Assembly: GCA_963674785.1 (NCBI GenBank)
Contig: OY771555.1
Location: forward strand, 384,001-448,000
Direction: 5' to 3'
Length of the DNA: 64,000 nt
Source of the DNA: Caldisericia bacterium
GTDB taxonomy: Bacteria > Caldisericota > Caldisericia > JAAYUI01
This document shows positions 1 through 9,643 of the stretch, in pieces. How positions within the stretch are numbered: the first letter of the stretch is position 1; each line of letters begins with the position of its first letter. The notes beneath the pieces were generated by a model. That model was given only the letters and a program-made list of their open reading frames with translations, was not told the origin of the DNA and ran no database searches. The position numbers and the translations under genes were made by a program.

Positions 1-274
1 GAACATCACGTTCACCTTCACTGCTTATATATTCAATGTTGGTTTTAGCAAGCTTTTCATAGAAAATTGCAATTATCAGAAGCAAAAGGACTGCAAATCC
101 CATTATCGAATAAAGGACAATTTCTGTGATTCTTGTGTAAACATAGACCCCAAATGTTGAAAAAAGAACTATCAATAAAGGCACAATTAGCCCCAATAAT
201 GTTATGAACTCAGCCCATATTGTGACTCTTGTCGCGTAATACTTGCCTGATATACTCTTTTCCATATCATTCAT
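1..274 (-). CDS. Membrane protein, truncated by window edge
   Basis: Manual translation from ATG at 274 (GAGG upstream): MNDMEKSISGKYYATRVTIWAEFITLLGLIVPLLIVLFSTFG...IVLYSIMGFAVLLLLIIAIFYEK; two hydrophobic helices; open to position 1. Confidence 0.7.
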   Translation of the reverse strand, partial: MNDMEKSISGKYYATRVTIWAEFITLLGLIVPLLIVLFSTFGVYVYTRITEIVLYSIMGFAVLLLLIIAIFYEKLAKTNIEYISSEGERDV

Positions 275-306
275 GATAATTGATTACCTCAACAAATTCA
301 ATAAGT

Positions 307-1842
307 TCACCTACCATCTGCAACTAAAACTGAGTCTTTCATGCCTGAAGGTTTCTTTAGATTCAAAAGATGAAGCACAAGTCCTGCAACATCTGCAAGC
401 CCTCCACCTTCTGGCAGGTAGTCCACTTTGTTTTCAGGCGTGGGGATAAGGATGCAAGGGACTGGGTTTGTTGTGTGTGCTGTGTATGGCAGTCTGTCTT
501 CATCAAGGTTTTTTTCGGCATTTCCGTGATCGGCGATAATAATGGTATTGTAATTGTTTTTTATCGCGGCATCTGTGACATTTTTCACAGATTTATCAAC
601 CTGGTCTACAGCCTTAATTATCGCAGGGATTATACCGGTGTGTCCAACCATATCACAGTTTGCAAAATTGCACACAATCAGGTTGTATTTGTCAGCTTCA
701 ATTGCAGAAATGAGTTTTTCCTCGACCTCAGGGGCTGACATCTCTGGTTTCAAATCATATGTTGCAACTTTTGGCGACGGGACAAGTATCCGGTCTTCCC
801 CCTCATACTGTTGCTCCCTACCACCGTTTAGAAAGTATGTGACATGTGCGTATTTTTCAGTCTCTGCAATTCGAAGTTGTGTCATTCCAGCATCAGAGAC
901 AACACTTCCAAGGGTTGCCTCAATTTTTTGAGCAAGCATCTCTTCTGTAAAGATTATTGGAAGTGTGAAACTGCTATCGTACTCTGCCATGCAGGTATAA
1001 CCGATTTTAGTAAATTTATCTCTTTCAAACTCAGAGAAATTTTGCTCTGTCAAAGCTCTTGTGAGCTGCCTTGCTCTGTCGGGCCGGAAGTTGAAAAAAA
1101 TGAACTGGTCACCCTCATTGAGACCTGTATAATCACCAATCACACAGGGTTTCACAAACTCATCTGTAATATCTTTGTCATAGGCAGCGGAAACAGCATC
1201 TTCGGCTTTATCGAACTTTTCACCCTTGCCATCTGCCACAAGGTCATAACCAAGCTTTGTTCGCTCCCACCTATTGTCTCTGTCCATCGCATAATATCTT
1301 CCGCAGACAGTGGCGATTCTCCCGACACCTATGCTTTCAAGCTTTTCTTCAATCTGACCAATATACTCAAGACCAGACTTTGGTGGGGTGTCTCTTCCAT
1401 CAAGGAAGGTATGGATACAGATGTTTTCCACACCGTGATTCTTTGCAGTTCTGATAATCTCATACAGGTGTTCAAGGCTCGAGTGAACTCCACCCTCCGA
1501 TGCCAGCCCACCGATATGAAGGGTTTTGCCTTTGGCACTCTCAATCGCCTCAAGAAGTGTAGGGTTTTTCGAAAGCTCCCCACTTGTAACGGCGTTATTG
1601 ATGACTGTGAGTTTCTGATAAACAACCTTACCCGCACCAAGATTCAGATGTCCAACCTCAGAGTTTCCCATCTGACCATCTGGAAGCCCAACAGCAAGCC
1701 CATCTGTTCTGATGGTTGTTGATGGGTATTTTTTCATGAGCTTGAATATGTTTTTTGCCCCAGACTTATAGATTGCGTTTCCCTCTCCGGGAGCACCCAG
1801 CCCAAACCCGTCGAGTATGAGTAGTAATACTTTTTTGTTCAT
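307..1842 (-). CDS. gpmI: 2,3-bisphosphoglycerate-independent phosphoglycerate mutase
   Basis: LILDGFG, GQMGNSEVGH, DGRDTPP, AETEKYAHVT, DMVGHTG, ADHGNAE, HTTNPVP motifs; 511 aa. Confidence 0.97.
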   Translation of the reverse strand: MNKKVLLLILDGFGLGAPGEGNAIYKSGAKNIFKLMKKYPSTTIRTDGLAVGLPDGQMGNSEVGHLNLGAGKVVYQKLTVINNAVTSGELSKNPTLLEAIESAKGKTLHIGGLASEGGVHSSLEHLYEIIRTAKNHGVENICIHTFLDGRDTPPKSGLEYIGQIEEKLESIGVGRIATVCGRYYAMDRDNRWERTKLGYDLVADGKGEKFDKAEDAVSAAYDKDITDEFVKPCVIGDYTGLNEGDQFIFFNFRPDRARQLTRALTEQNFSEFERDKFTKIGYTCMAEYDSSFTLPIIFTEEMLAQKIEATLGSVVSDAGMTQLRIAETEKYAHVTYFLNGGREQQYEGEDRILVPSPKVATYDLKPEMSAPEVEEKLISAIEADKYNLIVCNFANCDMVGHTGIIPAIIKAVDQVDKSVKNVTDAAIKNNYNTIIIADHGNAEKNLDEDRLPYTAHTTNPVPCILIPTPENKVDYLPEGGGLADVAGLVLHLLNLKKPSGMKDSVLVADGR

Positions 1843-1930
1843 GGGTAGTATATTAGCGGTGAAATGTGTGGAGAGTGTTAATTAATGGGAAGAGTTCTGA
1901 ATGTGGGTTATGTTGTTCCAGAAATCTGGT

Positions 1931-2013
1931 GACCATTTTGTTGGCTCCTACAAAATGGTAGAGATGTTGTGCTATACAATTGTTGATCGTTTTCCTGATA
2001 CCAGAAAAACGAT
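1931..2013. repeat. Two related ~28-bp imperfect palindromes
   Basis: accattttg-ttggctccta-caaaatggt (1932-1959) and atcgttttcctgataccagaaaaacgat (1986-2013); a partial third copy at ~2037. Confidence 0.45.
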
Positions 2014-2051
2014 AGTACTCCCCTTTATATCTTAGAATCGTTTCTGGTAGC

Positions 2052-2295
2052 TCAGTATTCTACCATTCCAGAATGTACTTTTATTTTATCATAATCTTCT
2101 TTAGATACAGTCATTCCACATATGCTACAAAATGTTTCCGTTGCATCTTTTAAGGCAGCAATGGCAATTCTTGATATCTCTTTTCTTTTTTTTGCAGAAA
2201 ATGTCCAAAGTGATAACACTATTCACTATGTTAAGTGACAATCGGTGTTTATTCTGAAATTCTAATCCTTTGTCAGGAAGCTCATTCTTGCTCAA
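2052..2295 (-). pseudogene. Small gene frameshifted in an A8 tract; 80 aa with CxxC if repaired
   Basis: GGAGG + TTG at 2295. Removing one A from the tract at 2186-2193 joins MSKNELPDK...DIFCKK to RKEISRIAIAALKDATETFCSICGMTVSKEDYDKIKVHSGMVEY*. Confidence 0.5.
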
Positions 2296-2336
2296 AACAA
2301 CCTCCAAGAGGGTGATATTGTTGTTTGATGCCTAAT

Positions 2337-2588
2337 TTATAGCGACCACTGAATATTTTTTATGAATTCATTAAACTGCGAAATGTCAGTGTTTCCATCA
2401 GCAATGTGCTTCATCATTTCATATCCCTTCGGATTCTTTTTGTCGAACACAAACCAGACATCAAAACCCATAAACTTGATAGTAAGTCTAGTGTTCTTGT
2501 TGATTACTGTCATTCTCTGGATTTGATCTATATTGATTACGATAGGTGTAGATTTGTCCATATTACTGAATTCAATAAATTTTGGCAT
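2337..2588 (-). CDS. Hypothetical protein (83 aa)
   Basis: AAGGAG RBS upstream; clean ORF; no recognised family. Confidence 0.7.
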   Translation of the reverse strand: MPKFIEFSNMDKSTPIVINIDQIQRMTVINKNTRLTIKFMGFDVWFVFDKKNPKGYEMMKHIADGNTDISQFNEFIKNIQWSL

Positions 2589-2627
2589 TTTTATCTCCTT
2601 AAAGCTTTATTTGTTATAAGCAAAAAA

Positions 2628-2882
2628 CTATATCTCTTTGATGATCCCAGCTTCTTTTAACCCATTCACGACCTTTTCATATACTTCATCCCGTTCTTTT
2701 TCAGTTTCAAATTCCCAAATTTGGAAATACTTATTCTGATGATTGATAAATTTTATAGCAAAATCACAATCCTGAACAATACGCGTTCTAATCGGAATCG
2801 GCATTCTAATAGGACCTTTTTCAAAGTCTGATATCAAATCAACCTCAACCCTTGGATAACCATTATATTCAATCCATTTCAT
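2628..2882 (-). CDS. Hypothetical protein (~84 aa)
   Basis: GAGGAGG RBS before ATG at 2882 (MKWIEYNG...); co-oriented with neighbour. Confidence 0.7.
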   Translation of the reverse strand: MKWIEYNGYPRVEVDLISDFEKGPIRMPIPIRTRIVQDCDFAIKFINHQNKYFQIWEFETEKERDEVYEKVVNGLKEAGIIKEI

Positions 2883-3033
2883 GTGCACCTCCTCTTACAT
2901 TGTATAAAATAATCAGCAAATAAAAACGACATTTATTATCTATATTTAATAATATTTTACAAATTTTGTATTTTATACTACAGTATTATTTCATGTAATA
3001 TAATTGCATTGATGATAGCAAAGAGGAAAAAAG

Positions 3034-3585
3034 ATGGATAAATTATTCGACTGCCTAAAAGAAACAATACCTTTTTTGGCTTTAATTGTAGCAATATGTG
3101 TAGGTGTATCTAGCATAAGAATTGCTAAAAGGGCGATGGAATCATCAAGACTTATTGACTTTCTCTCTATGTATAAATCACTTAACATCACTCAAAACCT
3201 AAGTATTTTGAAGAAGTCGCATATTCTTGAAATGCCAAAATTTATAACCTTTTACAAGAATGAGGTAAGAAGCAATGGTACAGTTCAGAAACCTTTGCCA
3301 GATGAGTATTCACAGATATATGACATAATGGAATCTGTTTTCTTTGAGCTTGTTTTAACAAACCAGATAATGACAACATTAGGGATAAAAACTGATGATA
3401 TTGTTTCGACACTTATCCCCGATATTGCAAAATATCGCATTATCACAGATAAAATACTTAAAGATATGGAAATTGACCCTGTATATAAGGATGGGATTCA
3501 TAAGTATCTCGAGTTGCTAGATTCTGCAAAGAAAACTGCAAAGAAAAATGGGTTAAAATTTGAACATCTAACGCTCTCACAATAA
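3034..3585 (+). CDS. Hypothetical protein with N-terminal TM helix
   Basis: GAGG RBS; IPFLALIVAICVGVSSI hydrophobic segment; followed by terminator. Confidence 0.75.
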   Translation: MDKLFDCLKETIPFLALIVAICVGVSSIRIAKRAMESSRLIDFLSMYKSLNITQNLSILKKSHILEMPKFITFYKNEVRSNGTVQKPLPDEYSQIYDIMESVFFELVLTNQIMTTLGIKTDDIVSTLIPDIAKYRIITDKILKDMEIDPVYKDGIHKYLELLDSAKKTAKKNGLKFEHLTLSQ

Positions 3586-3586
3586 A

Positions 3587-3615
3587 AAACCGCCCGATCC
3601 TATTTCGGGCGGTTT
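3587..3615. terminator. Intrinsic terminator between convergent genes
   Basis: aaaccgcccga-tcctatt-tcgggcggttt stem-loop. Confidence 0.85.
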
Positions 3616-3647
3616 GATGAAATATGGCTTATGTAGCCACCTATAGG

Positions 3648-6600
3648 CTACATAATGATAGTTACTGTCTTAGTCTCACCATCCCACTGGACTTCTGCAC
3701 CAAACATCTCTGACATAAACCTGATTGGAACCATGGTTCTGTCATTTGTTATCTCTGGTGCCTGAAGCATCTCAGTGGATTTTCCGTTTACAACAGCGTC
3801 TTTTCGATCGACTCTGCAGATGATGATATCATCCCCACGTCTGAGGGTGATTCTTCTATCTGTCGCATTCCAATCAAGTGAAGCACCAAACTGCTCAGTG
3901 ATGACACGAAGAGGAACCATTGTCGTGCCATCTTTGATGTATGGCGGAGCGTCGATAAGCATATTCTCGCCATTTACGGAGATATATCCCATTCCAATGA
4001 TGAGCTTGATGACAGTTTTTGCATCTGGAAGTTTGACCTTGGTGACTATCGTCTTTGTACCCTTCTGGTCATATACAAGTGCAACGCTCGCATCAAGCTC
4101 AATGTCCTTGCATGTTGCAATCACATCACCCTGATAGATTCGGGTTGTTGCTGTGAGCTGGAATCTCAGAACTTCATCTTTTGTTTTGATGAAAAGAATT
4201 GAGTTGTCACAATCAACAAACACAACATTTCCAACAACTGTGAGGTCTTCCTTGAGTTCACCAAGGGATTCAATTGTTGTTGCATTGAAGATGAATTCAT
4301 TTGCAACATCAAATGCACCAACAACGCTGAGTTCGCCGGCACCGGAAAGGTCAGCAATTGTTCCTTCTTTACCAAAGGCAAGGATTGATGTTGATGATGT
4401 ATATTTGACCATGACAAATCTTGTGCCATCATCATCTGACACCTTCAACCAGATGCTCTGTCTGGATGTATCAATATCCATGAGTTCGCCTTCGATTTTT
4501 CCATCGCTGTCAATTTCACTTGTCGCTGAAATATCATTTGCATTAACAAAAAGGTCAAATGGGTCAAGCATTCCATCAACTGTTATGCTTGCACCAGAGA
4601 GAAGATCAGCACATGTTGCATCTTTCCCCTCAAGGCTGATTGTTGTTTTTTCATCAATCTTGATGAGGATGTATTTTCCTTCTGGGTCGTCATTTGATGT
4701 TTCGATCCAAAGGAGCTTTTTGTCACAGTACACATCCTTGATGACACCTTTTTTGAGTGTCTGGATTGCCTGTCTTGCTGAAAGCGAGATGTTGTTTGTG
4801 GTCAAGACATTGTTGATTGGGTCGATTGAACCCTCAAGCTCCATGATGACACCGGCTCTGAGGTTTTCGAGCGTGAGCTTTTTGTCTCTGTAGGCAAAGG
4901 TCGTTGTTGGGTCGATGTTTATGAGCATGTAGCCTTCATCATCAGCAACCGAGAAGAGTACAATATCCTCTGAAATCTTCTGAAGTCGTACCCATCCAGT
5001 TGACTTATCAACTTCAATGATTTTTCCTGTGACTGTGATTGGCTGAGATGACACTGGAAGCAACTCGATTTGTGTTGCGACGACTTCATTTCCATCACCC
5101 ATGATACCGGTTACCTTAATGAGGTACCCTTCACTGATTTTTTCTGGGTTAATCTCGCCTTGTTTATAATAATGTGTGGTTTCTTCATTGAGAGTGATCT
5201 TCATCTTTGTGCCAGCATTGTATTCATCAATTGCTGTTATGATTCCTGAGTCAACATTGACAGATTCAACTGTAAGTACTGACTGGTAGTCTGCACCAGA
5301 CTGGCTTTCACTTCCAGAGCCTGATCCGCCATCATCACCGCCATCATCACCGCCGCCTGAAGGTGGTTGTGGTGCTGGAGTTCCTCCACCACCACTTCCT
5401 GGAGGAGCAATTGGAGGTGTTCCACCACTGCCAGGTGGAAGGCTACTATTATCAGTCTGCGCGATTATTTTCACAGCAATGAGATTTCCGTATTCATCTT
5501 CTTCATACAAAACTGTGATTGTCATTGGAGGTTCAAGATCGTAGCAAGATCCGACAGTTCCGTCTACAATAATCTCAGTATCAGCATCAATTATGAAGAG
5601 GTACTGTTTTCCATCAGAACCCTCTACAATAATCTTGTTCTGCCAGCAAAGCGCAACTATAAGGTCACCTGACACATAATCATCATCGGTCTCTTCTTCA
5701 ATTTCCTCTGTTTCACCGGTAAGTGTGACTGAGTAAACAACAATATCTCCTGTTTCAGGATCGCAGTTGCCTTTTATTATAACAACCATCCCAACTCTGA
5801 GAGCAGAGCACGTAACTGGGTATCCATTATACTGAAGAACAGCATTTGTGATCTCAAACTGGTAAACCTCATCACCAATAATTACTGTAAGAATTGATGT
5901 TGCACCGCAGGAAACTGCTTTTATTACACCTGTCTTTTCAAATGGACCATTGCATTCATCGTCATCATCGCCCTCGGCATCTTCATCTATCTCAACAATA
6001 AGGGCGATATAGATATCTTCATTTGGAACCTCAATACCAAGGACTGAGACTGTGTCACCAAGACTGATGTCTTCGCAGTAAATGGCTATTCCATCTTTTA
6101 CAAACTGTGTATCTTCAAGCTGGAATGTGATCTTTCCACTGGATGTCATAATCGTGAGGGTTCTTTCTGTACAGTCAATACCTACAACTGTTCCTGACCA
6201 CATATCTTTTTCTTCTGGGTTTTCCTCATCACCAGAGGAATCAAATGCTGCATCAACAGCATCTAGTCTATCATCCACAAGATAACCTGTGGCATGTACC
6301 AAATCTCCAACTTCAAGATCATCACAGGTGACCAGGTATCCATCCTTTGAAAAAGTTGCTGGAAGTGATACGGTTATAATAGCATCTTCAGTTTTGACGG
6401 TTATTTCATTTTCGTCACAGTTTTTAGATTTGATAATTCCGGAAATTGTTACCAATTCTGGGTCTTCTTCAGCTGGTGTGTCAAAAGCGGCACCAGTTGC
6501 ATCGATTCTTCCATCATCAAGGTAACCGGTAACTATTGCAAGATCACCCACCTCAAGGTCTTCACAAGTTACAACTTCACCATCTTTTGTGAAAGATTCT

Positions 6601-8324
6601 GGTAGCGAAACAGTAAAGTCACCATACTGAGTTGAAATTACGATCTCATCATTTTCACAATCGATTGATTTTATGACACCCTGTTTTGTGACTTCAACTG
6701 GTTCCTCTGGGTCTTCTTCTGCTGGTGTATCAAATGCAGCTCTTGTTGCATCAATTCTGCCATCAGTTAGATAACCGACTACATGTGCAAGGTCACCAAC
6801 TTCAATATCTTCACAATTGGCCATAATTCCATCTTTTGTTGTGACCATTGGAAGCGAAACCGTGTAAGTTTCGCCATCATCTCCCTCAATCTCAACTTCA
6901 TTATTCGAACAATCAACGGATTTTACAACTCCTGTCATACTCACAAGTTGTGGATCTTCTGGGTCTTCTTCTGCTGGTGTATCAAAACTTGCTCCAGTTG
7001 CATCGATTCTTCCATCAACAAGATAACCGGTAACTATTGCAAGATCACCCACCTCAAGATCTTCGCAAGTTGCTGCTTCTCCATCTTTCGTGAAAGACTG
7101 AGGCAATGAGACTGTAAAATCACCATACTGAGTCGTTATCACAATCTCATCATTTTCACAGTTGATTGATTTTATGACACCCTGTTTTGTGACTTCAATT
7201 GGGTCTTCTGGGTCTTCTTCTGCTGGTGAATCAAATGCTGCTCTTGTGGCATCAATTCTATCATCAACAAGATAACCAGAGACGTTTACAAGGTCGCCAA
7301 CTTCAAGATCTTCACATGAGGCTATCTGTCCATCTTTTGTGTATGCCATTGGCAATGAGACTATATAGGTTCTTCCATCTGATGCTCTTATGACGATCTC
7401 ATCACTTGCGCAATTAATAGACAGGATAACGCCTGATTTACTAACAAGCACTGGCTCTGGATTTGGTTCAGGCTCCGGTTCTGGCTCTGGCTCGGGCTCG
7501 GGTTCTGGCTCGGGTTCCGGTTCAGGTTCAGGTTCTGTCCTTGTTGCTGACACAGCTGAAGCTTTCAAATTACCATCCTGCCTTGTTCCAGAGATTGAAA
7601 CACTATCTCCCGATTCCAGACTCTGACACGAGGCTGACTGACCATTCAATGTGATTCTCGCCCTCGAAGTGTCTACAGTGTATGTTCCATTTGATGTTGT
7701 CACAGAGATGTTTGGGCAACTTGTCCCAGCAATTGTCCCTGACATTGTGAAACTCTCAACTGGAGATGTTGCGGAAACAGAATTCGCATTGTAGTCATTG
7801 TCTTCCTTCTGTCCTGAAACGTAAACATTATCCCCAATTCTCAAGTCTGAGCAGGTAGAGGCAGCACCATTTCTTTTAATGGATGCTGATGAAACATTAA
7901 CAGTTATTCTTCCACTCGAAGAATTTACGGTAATAGTTGATGGGCAACCCAGTCCAGATATTGTCCCCCTAATACTAAATGGAGTTGGCTGCGGGTCAGG
8001 TGTTCCTCCCCCGCCTCCTCCGCCACCACTGGCTGAAAGTCTGCTGACTATAAGTGTTGTCTCTCCCTGTTTTTCACCTGTCACAAACACTCTCATACCT
8101 GCAGCAAGGTCTGAACAGGACCCCTGAGTCGCATTAACAATAAAGGATGTTTGGGCTGTGAACTGACAGTTGATATACCCAATAGAGCTTGCAACTGTCA
8201 TTGAGCCTGTGCCACCGCAGCTGACAGAGCTTATTGTTCCGCTTATGGATGTTGAAGCGGAAACTAGTGGTATTACAGATAGGAGCATCATTACTCCTAT
8301 TGCAATTGCGATCACCTTCTTCAT
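3648..8324 (-). CDS. Large secreted surface protein: tandem DUF5666-like (OB-fold) repeats + C-terminal copper-amine-oxidase N-terminal (stalk) domain
   Basis: Signal peptide; more than 10 repeats of G.I..I.C....I.......TV......K.G....C.DL.VGD.V.V.G; PE and Gly/Pro linkers; C-terminal APPYIKDGTTMVPLR...RTMVPIRFMSE.FGA.V.WD. Confidence 0.85.
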   Translation of the reverse strand: MKKVIAIAIGVMMLLSVIPLVSASTSISGTISSVSCGGTGSMTVASSIGYINCQFTAQTSFIVNATQGSCSDLAAGMRVFVTGEKQGETTLIVSRLSASGGGGGGGGTPDPQPTPFSIRGTISGLGCPSTITVNSSSGRITVNVSSASIKRNGAASTCSDLRIGDNVYVSGQKEDNDYNANSVSATSPVESFTMSGTIAGTSCPNISVTTSNGTYTVDTSRARITLNGQSASCQSLESGDSVSISGTRQDGNLKASAVSATRTEPEPEPEPEPEPEPEPEPEPEPEPNPEPVLVSKSGVILSINCASDEIVIRASDGRTYIVSLPMAYTKDGQIASCEDLEVGDLVNVSGYLVDDRIDATRAAFDSPAEEDPEDPIEVTKQGVIKSINCENDEIVITTQYGDFTVSLPQSFTKDGEAATCEDLEVGDLAIVTGYLVDGRIDATGASFDTPAEEDPEDPQLVSMTGVVKSVDCSNNEVEIEGDDGETYTVSLPMVTTKDGIMANCEDIEVGDLAHVVGYLTDGRIDATRAAFDTPAEEDPEEPVEVTKQGVIKSIDCENDEIVISTQYGDFTVSLPESFTKDGEVVTCEDLEVGDLAIVTGYLDDGRIDATGAAFDTPAEEDPELVTISGIIKSKNCDENEITVKTEDAIITVSLPATFSKDGYLVTCDDLEVGDLVHATGYLVDDRLDAVDAAFDSSGDEENPEEKDMWSGTVVGIDCTERTLTIMTSSGKITFQLEDTQFVKDGIAIYCEDISLGDTVSVLGIEVPNEDIYIALIVEIDEDAEGDDDDECNGPFEKTGVIKAVSCGATSILTVIIGDEVYQFEITNAVLQYNGYPVTCSALRVGMVVIIKGNCDPETGDIVVYSVTLTGETEEIEEETDDDYVSGDLIVALCWQNKIIVEGSDGKQYLFIIDADTEIIVDGTVGSCYDLEPPMTITVLYEEDEYGNLIAVKIIAQTDNSSLPPGSGGTPPIAPPGSGGGGTPAPQPPSGGGDDGGDDGGSGSGSESQSGADYQSVLTVESVNVDSGIITAIDEYNAGTKMKITLNEETTHYYKQGEINPEKISEGYLIKVTGIMGDGNEVVATQIELLPVSSQPITVTGKIIEVDKSTGWVRLQKISEDIVLFSVADDEGYMLINIDPTTTFAYRDKKLTLENLRAGVIMELEGSIDPINNVLTTNNISLSARQAIQTLKKGVIKDVYCDKKLLWIETSNDDPEGKYILIKIDEKTTISLEGKDATCADLLSGASITVDGMLDPFDLFVNANDISATSEIDSDGKIEGELMDIDTSRQSIWLKVSDDDGTRFVMVKYTSSTSILAFGKEGTIADLSGAGELSVVGAFDVANEFIFNATTIESLGELKEDLTVVGNVVFVDCDNSILFIKTKDEVLRFQLTATTRIYQGDVIATCKDIELDASVALVYDQKGTKTIVTKVKLPDAKTVIKLIIGMGYISVNGENMLIDAPPYIKDGTTMVPLRVITEQFGASLDWNATDRRITLRRGDDIIICRVDRKDAVVNGKSTEMLQAPEITNDRTMVPIRFMSEMFGAEVQWDGETKTVTIIM
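7452..7536 (-). repeat. (Pro-Glu)n coding microsatellite
   Basis: Hexamer repeats with varied wobble positions encoding EPEPEPEP...PNPEP. Confidence 0.9.
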
Positions 8325-8449
8325 GTCTTCTCTCCTTATATAGGCTATTTGAGAGAAATACGACTACTACCTTCTATAGGTTCACTCTATTGAGCGAATT
8401 TTTTAAAAATGATTTACCAAAAAACAGAAAATTATTTCTGTTTTGATTT

Positions 8450-9460
8450 TCATGAGATAATCTCTGAAAATATCTCGTCAAGTTCAATTATTTCTTTATC
8501 TTCATTCAAAACTCTTTCCCGAAACTTTGGAATCCACTCCTTAAACTTGTCATATTCCTTTGTACCCTTTTGAGTGAAAAGCACGGTAAGGAGTTCCAAA
8601 TCCCTGGTTCTCAAAAACAGATTGAATGTTCCAATCCAGCTACTCTCAAACTTAGACTCAGAATTATAACCTTTTAAAAAATTAACAGCAAAGTCTTTGA
8701 TAAAATCTCTCTGATCACTTTCTTTGATGTCCTTCATAAGCCATCTGAGATAGTAAAAAATCACTGCAATATCATATGCAAACCAATAATACATCGAATC
8801 AAAAAAATCAATCACGGCGATTTTGTTATTATCATATATCAGGTTACCGGTATGAAGGTCAGTATGGATAAATCCATAATCTCTTGGGTTTGTATCAATC
8901 TTCAGAAGTTTTTCTCGAATTCGTGAATGCAAGCTTTTGAGTTCTTTTTCATCATCTGGAAGATGTGCTGAAAGGTTTGTTATTTGTTCATCCTCATGCC
9001 AATGCTGAAGCCTTGAACCGGGAAGTTTGGGTTCAAAACTTTTTGTGAGTGTGTGCATCCTGCCTGTGATTTTTCCATATTGTATGGTAAGAGACTCAGT
9101 TAATGCGGCATCTCTTAAAGGTTTTCCCTCTGCTTTTATGTGACCTGTGATATAAAACTCGCCTTCTTTTGCATCAATTGTTTCAATGAAGTTTCCGTTT
9201 ACAGATTTTTTAGGTTTAGTTACCGGTACACCATTTTTGTGAAGATAATCTATCCACTCGATCTGTCCAAGCAAAATCTCCTTTTTTCTAGAGCTGTTGT
9301 GTGTTGCTTTGATTATCAGATTTTCAGACCCATTTGAAGAGTCAAAAACAAAGCTTTCAAATGCACCATGCTCCTTTGTTTTGCTTAAATCTACATCAAA
9401 CAAAGTAAGAGATTTCTTATATATTTCGTCATTCCAATCATCGTATGCTATCTTTTTCAT
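8450..9460 (-). CDS. APH/choline-kinase-like phosphotransferase (type II homoserine kinase / YerI-AmiN-like)
   Basis: YGFIHTDLHTGN catalytic loop, IDFFD metal-binding motif, WFAYDIA. Confidence 0.8.
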   Translation of the reverse strand: MKKIAYDDWNDEIYKKSLTLFDVDLSKTKEHGAFESFVFDSSNGSENLIIKATHNSSRKKEILLGQIEWIDYLHKNGVPVTKPKKSVNGNFIETIDAKEGEFYITGHIKAEGKPLRDAALTESLTIQYGKITGRMHTLTKSFEPKLPGSRLQHWHEDEQITNLSAHLPDDEKELKSLHSRIREKLLKIDTNPRDYGFIHTDLHTGNLIYDNNKIAVIDFFDSMYYWFAYDIAVIFYYLRWLMKDIKESDQRDFIKDFAVNFLKGYNSESKFESSWIGTFNLFLRTRDLELLTVLFTQKGTKEYDKFKEWIPKFRERVLNEDKEIIELDEIFSEIIS

Positions 9461-9643
9461 TTTTTGACCCTCCTAATTTTCTTTGATATTAGACTCATTT
9501 TTTATACATACAATTAAGAACATAAATAATAAAATATAAATAAATTACGTTACAAAAGCATATCAAGGTCACACTATTATTGATTGCCAAACCAAAAATC
9601 GTGTATATGATGATCTTGAAATTCATCAGCTGGAGGATGGAAC

